Of a DNA stretch of 64,000 nucleotides, positions 52,020-63,464 are shown in pieces. Within the stretch, counting starts at the first letter, position 1, and each line of letters begins with the position of its first letter. A program made the translations under genes and the position numbers. The DNA comes from the human T2T-CHM13v2.0 reference genome, Homo sapiens, in NCBI RefSeq assembly GCF_009914755.1, contig NC_060942.1, one strand, 5' to 3'. The notes below the pieces were generated by a model. That model did not search any database and was not told where the DNA came from. It saw only the letters and a program-made list of their open reading frames with translations.

Positions 52020-52210
52020 CGCTGCAGCCAGCTTGCAGTGGCTCCTCCTGAGAGGAAGCTGGGTACACCTCTTCCCAGCTCCACCTTCGGTGAGGTCAGG
52101 TCGGCAGCCTGCAATTAGCCATAGTCAGTGTTTAGACCATGAAAATCAGCAAATGGCATAGACCAGGGACATGATTTTTTAAAGAGAGCTTATCTACCGG
52201 TACCTTATTG
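52020..52210. mobile_element. Second, degenerate MER63-like element
   Basis: 'gtttagaccatgaaaatcagcaaatggcatagaccaggg' parallels 49660-49696. Confidence 0.4.
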
Positions 52211-54814
52211 TACATTTTTCGGTTTCTACCAGCTTCTGGTGACAGCATGGAAGAAGTGATTGGACTGAAGGCAATGTCAGAACAATGCAGTAGAGACAGG
52301 CAGAAATAACCAGCTGTAGCTGGTTGGTGGTCATGATGGTGATAGTAATGGCAAGAGAGTGACCCTCTATGCCGTAGGGTGGGGCAGGAGTCACCTGCAT
52401 CTCACTGTTATCCTCCATGAAAACTGGCGCTGATGTGCGTGCACCCATGCGTATGAAGAGAGACCCATTCAACACGTCAGTTGTCCTTGGAGGCACTAAT
52501 CTATTATCCAGATTTCTTCACAGGTTAAGACAGGTTCTCTGGTATGTTCTCCCCCAGCTTGAAGGAAGCCCTGGGGCTTCAGGGAATCTCTGAAGTTTGT
52601 CTTAGTGTTGGCCTGAACTTTCTGCACAAGAAGGCAGTGACTTCTAACTGAATTTAATTTTGCTTTATTACTTCATTTTTAATAATGATAGACCGCATAT
52701 TTAAAGTGAGGACAAATTTGGCTTACATCTCTGCACTGAAGTGTTGGTTGTTAATTTTCAAAGTTTTTTTTTTTTATGGATTTCTTCTCGTCATCTGGTT
52801 ATATCCAGATGTTTCCCACCCCATCTTTTACAGGCTTTTTTTCTCCCTCTGTCTTTGGAAATTACTCTTTTGGTTAGTTTGTTACAGTAAGGACAATTTT
52901 GCCTCCAGGTGAAATCAATAATGGTTGACCAAAAGGTCTTTTGCTGGCTAGAGAGATTTTGTGCATTAATATTTTGGCATGTCTCTTTTCCTAACTTAAT
53001 TCTTGTATTCTATTTTGCTTAAGGGACTACAACAATGTTGTCTAGAAGATATTAAGGTCTAACTGGACAAGCTTCTATTTTCTTTCCTTTCATGTTGTCA
53101 GACACTGCGGGCAGTGAATGTTTAACAGTAATGGGAGCTCAGAGTTCTGACAGTTCTTCCATCTTTTGTACCTCTCCTTAGGGCTCAAAGATATAAACTC
53201 ACTGCCTCCAATGGCCCTTAGGCTGAAGTCTGTATTTTGTTAACATACTTCAAAAACGACAGTAAAATTTATTGTGAGCAGATTTGATTTTCAGTACTAC
53301 AGTTTTATACAAATTACTTAAAGCGGATTTGTGTTTTGGTCACTTAATTAAGCGTCTCATACTCACTTCATTTTTATTTTAGCTCAAGTCAGAAGTGCCC
53401 AAAGCTAATTTTCTTAGCTATGTTGATGCCGTGGCTGCACATTCTCCATCCTGGATAATTATTTTCCTTACTAGCTTTTGACCTTGTAACACAGGTAATA
53501 TGAAATGAAGCCCTTTGAAAACCAATTTCCAAATACAGGTCTTTGCTCAGTGTGATTTTGGTGGTGTATTTATAAAAATAAATTTATTAAAGCTATAAAA
53601 GTGTTCATACAAATTTCACTTTTAATATTAAATTCTCTAGGACAAATATGCACAGATACATACCCGAAAAGAACTGAAACAATATTCACATTATATTATT
53701 AAAAAGTAAGACAATAAAATATCATCATATTCTTTAATTTTCATTATAATTAGCAATTTTAAACATGCAAAATAAATTTTCCTAACATAGATAAAAAATT
53801 TGAAATAATCTCTCACTAGCAAATTACTAATTCAAATTTTATCTATTAGGGGAGTCCTACTAAAAATGTTTTTTACTATTAGTCCCTTTGTATTTTATAT
53901 CTTGTACATAGAGAATATATTTATAATATATTAATGTAGAAAAGTCTCAATATTAATCTATCATCATTTTATTTATTTCAAATGCACAACTGGGTGCGAT
54001 TAAAACTACAGTGAAAAATTATTTTCTTTCAAGTACCATTTTACAGGAAAAAAGGCGAAAACATTGATGCACAGAGAATCAAAGTAAATTAATCTGATAA
54101 TATAAGTGAATTGAACAAGCTGTGCAATATAAATATTTTAATCACTTCTTGATCCAGAAGTGCCACATCTACAAAATGAGCAATTATGGTCTACCTCTTG
54201 GGAGTCGACTCTAATTACGAAGCAGTAGGATATTACTAAATGTTAATACATGTAAATATCAAACATCAGGCCTTGAATTTCCACATAATTTTTAAAAATA
54301 TAATTTATGTTTGCTTCTTATAAATACTTTTGGTTTAAACTATATATGTCCAAGAGTGGAGTATTAGTTGTCTTTTAAGCACTTTATGTTATAAAATACT
54401 ATTTATTGATTCTAAAAACAGGTATCTTAAAACTAGTCAGTGAAAATACATAAACATTTAGAAAACCAGCAACTTAGTTTTCTCCATATACTATGCCAGA
54501 GTTTTTCTGTCCTGAAGCAAGGAGACCAGATATTTCACTAAGGGCCTTTGGGAGCCATATTTATTAAGAAGTTAAAATGAGACAGACATTGGGCTCTGGT
54601 AAGTGCTTGTGTTCTTTCAGACCTAAGCCCAGGGAGGCTTAATTATGGAACTTGGCTCTTTCCATTAGGATGTATTTCAATCCTGTGATTGAATTCTAAT
54701 ACATGACAGAGCTCCTCTATTAACAGGATCGCAGGGGGAAAGAGCCATCTCTCAGGACGCAACCTTGTGTATGTATATGGAATATAATATTTGATAGAAT
54801 TTGGAGGTGCATGG

Positions 54815-55698
54815 TAAATAGAATTATAAGATGGTCCCCAAATTCCCAACCACTATTGTTCACACATCTTCATCCAGTTATTCAATCAAATACAAATCTA
54901 GGTGTTGCTGTTCAGAGATTTTGCAGATGAAACTAAATTACTCTATCAGTTAACATTAAGACAAGAAGATCACACAGCTGGGCCTGACCTAATCACACAA
55001 GACCTTTGAAATCAGACAGCTCCCTCTGGCCAGTCAGAGAGGTGTAATCAGAGGTTGCAAGCACAAGTATTTGACACACTGTTGCTGGCTTGTAGATGGA
55101 AAGGACTACAGTAGCAGGGAGTAGGGGCAGCATCTGGGCGCTGAAAGCAACCTCCAAATATAACTGCAAGAAGCAGATTTTTTATTTTTATTTTTTTTTG
55201 AGACAGGGTCTAATTCTGTCACCCATGTTGGACTGCAGTGGGGTGATCTTGGCTCGCTGCAATATCCGCCTCCTGGGCTCAAGCAATCCTCCTGCCTTAG
55301 TGCCCAAGTAGCTGGGACTACAAGCGTGAGCCACCACGCCCAGGTAATTTTTGTAGTTTTGTTAGAGACGGGGTTTCACCATGTTGCCCAGGATGGTCTC
55401 AAACTCCTGAACTCAAGCAAACCACCCGCCTCGACCTCCCAAAGTGCTGGGATTACAGGTGTGAGCCACCATGCCATTCCCGGAACTGAATTCTGCATAT
55501 AGAAACAATGAGTTTGGAGCAGATTATTCCTTACAGCCTCCACAAGAGAACTCAGTCTCACTAATACCTTTATTTCTGCTTTGTGAATGCCAGTCATGCT
55601 ATTCTGGACTTCAGACTTATAGAGCTGTGAGCTCATAAATTGGTATTTTCAGCTGCTAAGTTTGTGGTAATTGTTATGCTGCAATAGAAAATGAACAT
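54815..55698 (+). mobile_element. MLT1E-type LTR interrupted by AluJ
   Basis: 'aagatggtcccca...gggcctgacctaatcaca...ggaactgaattctgc...tgctaagtttgtggtaattgttatgctgcaatagaaaatgaacata'. Confidence 0.8.
55176..55480 (-). mobile_element. AluJ, full length
   Basis: 'gagacagggtc...gggctcaagcaatcctcc...atgttgcccagg'. Confidence 0.92.
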
Positions 55699-56355
55699 AA
55701 TCGGCAAAGGCTGCATTAACTCTCCCACCTGAAACAAATCTTTGTGGGCGTTTCTGACAAAATTAGGAAGACTCTAAACAGGTATATGATGATGTCACAA
55801 AGCTTAAAATATTCCTCAAATTTCATAATACATTTCTGTCTAAAAAGTGAGTTCAAGCCTTTCATTTAATTCACAGAATCCTTCCTGTACTTACATCCTA
55901 GCATGTGAGGTCCTATATTTCCTACACAGCACTGGCTATTAAGTGTGTATTTGTGGACACAAGTATGAATGGATGCGCAATTGGACAGAGAAAATAATAT
56001 TGTCCAATATTCAAAATATTTTTCTTTATTCAATATCAGTAAACTCATATTTATATGTAAAAATATTTTCATCACAATCAATGCTCCTATAAGAAAAATA
56101 TTTCCTATAAGAAATATATTATAATCTTTTGATTACAATTCATTTTCTTATAAGGAAAATATTTCCTATAAGAACGAAATTTTTATTGAATATTCAAAAT
56201 ATTTTCCTCTATCCAATATCAGTAAAACTGACACTTACATGTGAAAATATTTTGATCACAATCAATGTTCCTATAAGAAAAGTAATATTTTCTTAAAAGC
56301 ATAGTTTATTATTATGCCAAATTTCAGACTTGATTCTTCACATCTTCTGACCCTC

Positions 56356-59274
56356 TGATACGGTTAGGCTTTGTGTCCCCACCCAAATCTCATCTTGAAT
56401 TGTAATCCCCATGTGTCAAAGGAGGGAAGTGATTGGATTATGGGGGAGGTTTCTCCCATGCTGTTCTCATGATAGTGGGTGAATTTTCACAACATCTGAT
56501 GGTTTTATAAATGTTAGTTTTTCCTGCGTTCACACACATGCTCTTCTCTCTCCTGCCACCTTGTGAAGAAGGATGTGTTTGCTTCCTGTTCCACCATGAT
56601 TGTAAGTTTTCTGAGGCTTCCCCAGCCACGCAGAACTGTGAGCCAATTAAACCTCTTTCCTTTATAAGTTACCCAGTCCAAATATTTCTTTATAGCAGTG
56701 TGAAAACAGACTAATACAATGAATTGATACTAGGAGTAGGGTACTGCTGTAAAGATACCTCAAAATGTGGATGCGACTTTGGAACTGGGTAATGGGAAGA
56801 GGTTGAAACAGTTGGAGAGCTCAGAAGAAGAAAAGAAGATGTGGGAAAGTTTGGAACTTCCTAGAGACTTGTTGAATGGCTTTGATCGAAATGTTGATAG
56901 TGATATGGACAATGAAATCCAGGCTGAGGTGGTCTCAGATGGAGATGAGGGAACTGAAATAAAGGTTATTCTTGCTATGCTTTAGCAAAGAGACTGGCAA
57001 CATTTTGTCCCTGCCCTAGAGGTCTGTGTACCTTTGAACTTGGGAGAGACGATTTGGGGTATCCAGTGGAAAAATTTCTAAGCAGCAAAGCTGTGCAAGA
57101 GGTGACAGCATAAAAAGAGGTAAAAGTTTGGAAAATTTTCAGCCTGATCATGCAATAGAAAAAGAAAAACCCATTTTCTGAGAAGAAATTCAAGGGGGCT
57201 GCAGAAATTTGCATAACTGATGAGGAGCCAAATGTTAATCACCAAGACAGTGGGGGAAATGTCTCCAGGGCATGTCAGAGACATTGATGGCAGCCCCTCC
57301 CATCATAGGCCCAGAGGTCTAGGGGGGAAATATGGTTTTGTGGGCCTGGCCCAGGGCTCCCCTGCTCTGTGCAGCCTCGGGACCTGGTGCGCTGCGTCCT
57401 CACTGCTCCAGCTGTGGCTAAAAGGGGCCAAGGTACAGCTCAGTCTGTTGTTTCAGAGATTTTTTAGCCCCAAACCTTGGCAGCTTCCTCATGGTATTGG
57501 TCCTGTGGGTGCACAGAAGATAAGAATTGAGGTTTGGGAGCCTCCGCCTGCATTTCAGAGGATGTATGTGTGCTGCAGGGGCAGAGGCCTCATGGAGAAG
57601 CTCTGCTAGGGCAGTGTGGAAGGGAAATGTAAGGTTGGAGCCCACACACAGAGTTTCCAGTGGGACACCTCCTAGTGGAGCTGTGAGAAGAAGGCCACCA
57701 TTCTCCAGACCCCAGAATGATAGGCCCACCAATAGCTTGCACTGTAAGCCTGGAAAAGCTGCAGTCACTGAATGCCAGGTATGAAAGCACCTGGAGTAGG
57801 GGAAGGGGGTGATGTACCCTGCGAAGCCACAGAAGCAGGCTGTCCAAGGCCATGGGAGCCCACCTCTTGCATTGGCATGACCTGGATGTGAGCCATTGAG
57901 TCAAAGAGCTTTAAGATTTGATGAGTCTCCCACTGGATTTCAGGCTTGCATGGGGCCTGTAGCCCCTTTACTTTGGCCAATTTCTCCCATTTGGAATGGG
58001 AATATTTATCCAATGCCTCTACCTTCATTGTGTTAACAGTGGAAGAGATCAAGTTACCCCAAGTTACCAGCAGCCTATCTTTATGGGTTTGTAGAAACTT
58101 CAGCCTTTGCCTCCTCAGAAGAAGGAATTTGACTGTGGGGCATAAAGCAGAAAAAGAGACCGAGGCAAGTTCTAGAGCAGAAATGGAAGTTTATTTAAAT
58201 AGGACTTAGAATAGGAAAGAAAAAAAGGTGCACTTGGAAGAGACACAAGAGGGTACATGAAGGTTAAAGAGAGAAGGTCAAGTGCCCCATTTAACCATGA
58301 TCCTAGGACTTCTATAAGCTCACCTCTTTCCCATGATTCTTCCCTTAGGGTGGGCTGCCCGCATGTGTAGAGCCCTCCTTACCTTTGGGAAGTGAGCACA
58401 CTCATTGTGTTTAGGGAGTTATATGCATGCTCATCTGAGGCTTTCTTCCTTTTTCTGGTGAGTGTACCCGGAAGATCATACTTTGCCATTTTTGTCTCTT
58501 AATATGCATGCATAGGAAGCTGTTATTCCGTGGGGTCTGCATTCAGTTAACACTTTTGATGTTAACAGATATGGACCATCAGAAGGTTGTCTCCCCCTGG
58601 CTGCCAAATTATCATTTTTAGAGAGGTAAAGTGATAACTGCCAAACTATCTCCTGACCGGTCTAGTGGGTAGGGGGAGAGCCCTCTTCTGCCCCATTCAT
58701 GCCTGTAATAATTGTATCTTGGAAGTAACTAACTTGCTTTTGATTTTACAGCCTCCTAGGCAGAAGAGGCTTGCCTTATCTCAGATGAGACTTTGGAATT
58801 GGTCTTTTGGGTTAATGCTGGAATCAATTAAGACTTTGGGGGAGTGTTGGGAAGGCATGATTGGTTTTGAAATGTGAAAGGGACATGAGATTTGGGAGGG
58901 GCCAGTGCAGAATCATATGGTTGCCTTTGTGTCCCCACCCAAATCTCATCTTGAATTGTAATCCACACATGTCAAGAGAGGGAAGTGATTAGAGTATGGG
59001 GACAGTTTCCCCCATGCTGTTCTCATAATAGTGAGTGAATTCTCATGAGATTTGATGGTTTTATAAATGGTAGCTTTTTCTGTGCCCACACGCATGTTCT
59101 TCTCTCTCATGCCACCTTGTGAAGAAGGATGTGTTTGCTTCCCCTCCTGCCATAATTGTAAGTTGTCTGAGGACTCCCCAGCCATGCAGAACTGTGAGCC
59201 AATTAAGCTCTTTCCTTTGTAAATTACCTGGTCTTGGATATTTCTTGATAGCAGTGTGAAAATGGACTAATACA
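56356..59274 (+). mobile_element. THE1D/MST-type MaLR provirus: 5'LTR 56356-56718, internal region with nested MER50, 3'LTR 58913-59274
   Basis: Two homologous LTRs; perfect TSD 'ccctc' (56351-56355, 59275-59279). Confidence 0.93.
58031..58710 (-). mobile_element. MER50-like ERV1 solo LTR nested in THE1 internal region
   Basis: 4-bp TSD 'attg' (58027-58030, 58711-58714); host sequence rejoins as 'cattg|tatcttggaagtaactaac'; 'cctcctcagaagaaggaatttgactg...gaccgaggcaagtt' resembles MER50. Confidence 0.8.
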
Positions 59275-60324
59275 CCCTCCATTTATGTAAAACCTGTGAC
59301 TCAGAATTAACTATAAGTTTTTGACCATGAACGTAGATATCCTTTATGATGGTGCTTGTTCTTTATATGTAAATGTGAAATTTTAAGGAAATTGCTAGAG
59401 AATCACAAACACCCATTTTTTTTTTTAAATAAAGCTAAGAGAACTTCCCAGCATGTTTCAACTTCTATGTTATTTATCATGTGTCAAGAACTCTATATGC
59501 TCCCCTAACTGGTAAGTCTAGTTGGACTCAATGCCAATTTTCTGTCCATGGAGGAAATTGCCACCAATTTCCTTCTGACTTTCCATTGTGGGACTAAAGA
59601 ACAGAACATTCATGCATGCTGTGTGCATTATCCAGGCTTGCTTTTTCTCTTGCTTTCTCATTGTTTTGATATTTTAGTTATTGTCTGTGCTTTACATAGT
59701 TCAAAGTGCTCCTATGTCTATTATAAACAAATTTAAAAGTATTCTAAAATTATTATCCCTATATTAGAAGTAAGAAAATAGAATATGTTCAATGACCTAG
59801 GCAAATATTATTGAGAAGGCAAATAAGTCCAAATCCAGGTTATCTTAAGAGTGTAAAATGAAGACTTAATATCATAATTAAAATATTTTTAAAATGTATA
59901 AGAAATACCACTTCATAGTTTGAAGAATGGTATTTGAAACTAATTTTGTCATGTGGTCTTTGTCAAGAGAGCTTCTTAGGTCAAGGAAAAGTCATAGATC
60001 CAGTTACTTACCAAGTTCAGAATTTTCTTTGAGACAAAATAGAAATTCACAACCATTAAAAAATAGAAGGAAATTTGAAACTGTCACTATAGAAATATGC
60101 AGGGTAACAATAAAGCCTGAATAAGTGAGTTTCTAGCATCCATGAGGGTCCCCCTGTGGTATAATGGCATATACTTATAATGGAACCAATCATTTAAATT
60201 CATACTTCCTTCGAGAAATAAAGGAAAAATTTAGTATGGTTTACTTAGAACTGGAGAATAATAGAGTGACGATTATGGAAGCCACCATGGTTAAGAAATT
60301 CCAAGGTACAGGAACTATGTATCA

Positions 60325-60627
60325 AAATGATGCATCATGCTGAAACTAAGAATAAAGTCTCAGATGTAATTTATGAATGCTAGCATTATAAAGTAGACAA
60401 TTAATGTATTCATTGAGAATGATGGAGCAGAGAGATGAAAGAAAGAAAGCTATGATCAAAAAGGGAATATCAGAATTGGGGATACAAATTTGATTTGGTT
60501 TTGAGGAATGATGAAGTTCAGATTATAACTGGGATGGATGGAAATAGACTAATTGACTTTGAGAAGGTAAAAGATACTGTAGAAAAGGATTGTTAGAGTT
60601 AAACATGGAGAATGACTTCAGGAGATA
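60325..60627 (+). repeat. Dispersed direct repeat, copy 1 (303 bp)
   Basis: Matches 62346-62647 except one A indel and one G/A substitution. Confidence 0.95.
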
Positions 60628-61453
60628 GGAAGAGAGCATAACGTTAAACCAGCTTCTCAAGTCACTGGGAAGGTGGGAAGTGAAAGGATGTGGAAAGAAG
60701 AAAGGAGAGGAAATTATGTAAATGTGTTGCATACATTCAACGGATGAGTTAAATTGAAATGTGACAGAAATCCACAGCATCTTTGTAGTCTTTGATGGTG
60801 AAATTAATCTTTTCAAGTCCTGCGAAAATGTGATATTGCTCTTGGGTTACTATCCTAGCTGGGAAAGGAAATTTTAGGGACTTTCACCTGGCTCTTCCTA
60901 TCATAGCCATCATCTCATAAGCCATCAGTATGGAAATTTTGTCAGTTTCTGAGTGTTGCAGTATTCTTTATAAATTCAGGAACTTGAGATATATCTCAAG
61001 TATATATACCACAAGAGTAATTTGCAGCTCTGCTGCACCCAGTATGAATAGGGCAGGGACAAAAGCTCCACTTATTACCTGACATCCACACACCTCCACT
61101 TTGAATAAACTACAGTGGTGTTTTTGGTCCCTGTCTATTAACAGTACCTCAGAACTAATTTCTGTTAAGCCCTCAAATTTGAATAACTTTTTTTTTCTCA
61201 GTACCTTTGTTACCATCACATGTAACTTCCAAATCTCTTGGGGAAAATATTGGAGGAATATTTAGGGTATATTTGTGTCCGTATTGCAATGTCTTTTCCA
61301 AGGGGATGATACTTTCCATGAAATCACCTGTTACCTTCCTTAGAGAGGTAAGAGGTTATGAGTGTCTGCATTGCTAACTCAAGTCAAGTTTTTCATTGTC
61401 AGATCTAAACTTTTATCTGTGATGTATATAAAATTATATTCTAATAAGTTGCC

Positions 61454-62243
61454 TGTTATGCATCAAATTGTGTCCTTTCAAAATATATATAGAAACCCCT
61501 CATACTGAAGAATGCAAACTTATTTGGTAATAGGGTTTGATACAGTTTGGTTGTGTCCCCACCCAAATCTCATCTTGAATTGTAGCTCCCATAATTCCCA
61601 TATGTTGTGGAAGGAACCTGGTGGGAGATAATTGAATCATGGGGGCGGTTTCCCCATACTGTTCTCATAATATGAGTAAGTCTTGCGAAATCTGATGGTT
61701 TTATAAAGGGGAGTTTCACTGCACAAATTCTCTCTTTCTTGTCTGCCACCACGTAGACATGCCTTTTGCCCTGCGCCGTGATTGTGAGGCCTTCCCAGCC
61801 ACGTGGAACTGTGAGTCCATCAAACCTCTTTTTCTTTATAAATACCCAATCTTGGGTATGTCTTTATCAGCAGCGTAAAAATGGACTAATACAGGGTTTT
61901 TGCAATTGTATAATAGGTTAAGATGAGGTCATACTGGAGTAGAATGGGTCTCTAATTCAACATCACTGTGTCAAGAGACACCGAGACAGATACCATGTAA
62001 CAATGAAGACAGAGGCTGCAGTAATGCAAGTACCAGGCAAGGAATGCCTAGGATGGCCAGCAGCACCAGAAAGAGGGAGAAAGGCATAGACCAGACTCTC
62101 CCCTTGAGCCATCAGAGAGTGCATGGCCCTGTAGACACCTTGACTTCAGGCTTCTGGCCTCTTGAACTGTGGAGAAGACACTCCTGGCCTATTACTACCC
62201 AGCTCATGGTACTTTGTTACCGCAGCCCTAGGAAACCAGTGCA
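61454..62243 (+). mobile_element. MLT1C-type LTR interrupted by a THE1 solo LTR
   Basis: 'cttatttggtaatagggtt|tttgcaa...ttaagatgaggtcatactggagtag...gcagccctaggaaac'. Confidence 0.8.
61538..61893 (+). mobile_element. THE1B-type solo LTR
   Basis: 'tgatacagtttgg...ggactaataca'; perfect TSD 'gggtt' (61533-61537, 61894-61898). Confidence 0.93.
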
Positions 62244-62345
62244 GTGTCTATATATTACATTCTGAGTAATCAGTCATTGACAAAGATTCCTATTGTGATC
62301 TCTGCTCATTCTTTTCTCTGTCATTTAAGCACAGTGATAATGCCT

Positions 62346-62647
62346 AAATGATGCATCATGCTGAAACTAAGAATAAAGTCTCAGATGTAATTTATGAATG
62401 CTAGCATTATAAGTAGACAATTAATGTATTCATTGAGAATGATGGAGCAGAGAGATGAAAGAAAGAAAGCTATGATCAAAAAGGGAATATCAGAATTGGG
62501 GATACAAATTTGATTTGGTTTTGAGGAATGATGAAGTTCAGATTATAACTGGGATGGATGGAAATAGACTAATTGACTTTGAGAAGGTAAAAGATACTGT
62601 AGAAAAGGATTGTTAGAGTTAAACATGGAGAATGACTTCAAGAGATA
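62346..62647 (+). repeat. Dispersed direct repeat, copy 2 (302 bp)
   Basis: Near-identical to 60325-60627. Confidence 0.95.
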
Positions 62648-62705
62648 CGAGCCTTACTAAAATCAGGCATTGGATTAGAGCAGGATGGGTTTAAAGCAGA
62701 AAGAC

Positions 62706-62827
62706 GGCTGGGGCATAGTGGCTCATCCCTGCAATCTCAGCACTTTGGGAGGCCGAGTTAAGAGGATCACTTAAGCTCAGGTCTTTGAGATCAGCCTGGG
62801 CGACATAGCAAGACCTCATCTCTACTA
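62706..62827 (+). mobile_element. Alu left monomer (AluJ/FLAM type)
   Basis: 'ggctggggcatagtggctca...cagcctgggcgacatagcaagacctcatctctacta'. Confidence 0.85.
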
Positions 62828-62874
62828 CGAGGTTGGTGCAAAAGTAATTGCAGCTTTTGCCATTAAAAGTAATG
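62828..62874. mobile_element. Half of a MADE1 (Hsmar1 MITE)
   Basis: 'aggttggtgcaaaagtaattgcagcttttgccattaaaagtaatg' is one TIR plus spacer; second TIR absent. Confidence 0.85.
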
Positions 62875-63464
62875 CTGGTTTGTACCAGGTACCATTTAGA
62901 CAAAATACTCTAAAGAGGACTCTAGAGAAAATACTCCATTTATTTCTTTTTAAATACTGTGAGAATAGTTTAATAAAACTTAAAAGTGTAATCTGTTAAT
63001 TTGATGTCAAAGACCCAGTTAGTATTTACTTTGACTCAAATAGATGATCTTCTAATATTCTGATGCATGTTTCATTGTCTGATTTATGCAGAGAATATAG
63101 AACCGGATCTTTTCATAATATTTTTGCTGTTGAAAAAAGTTTAGCATGTGAAGGATTCATTCTAGGAACTCAAAGTTTCCAAGAATTTGTCCATATCTGA
63201 CTGTCTCAGCAGCTACATATATTACCTGTGATTTCTTCTAGGTTTGTGGAACTGATTGACATTTGCCACTTGTCTGTATATTTATACCCTTTAAACCACC
63301 CACTGCCATACCTTGTTTCCTAAAAGAAGGGAAGAAAATCCTGCCAAATACACACTCTGTAACTCATTGTGTCTCTAATTTCAAATCTTCATGTTCTTTC
63401 TTAGCTCAGTGAGCTCACTTGGGTAGTGTAGAGAACAGAAGGCCCAGGTTTACTTCTGTCTCTT

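Noticed and set aside
52194-52496. 100-aa minus-strand ORF in non-repeat sequence
   Set aside because: GTG start, no domain similarity I recognise, and length within chance expectation.
62828-62874. miR-548-like sequence 'aaaagtaattgcagcttttgcc'
   Set aside because: Only one MADE1 arm is present, so no precursor hairpin can form.
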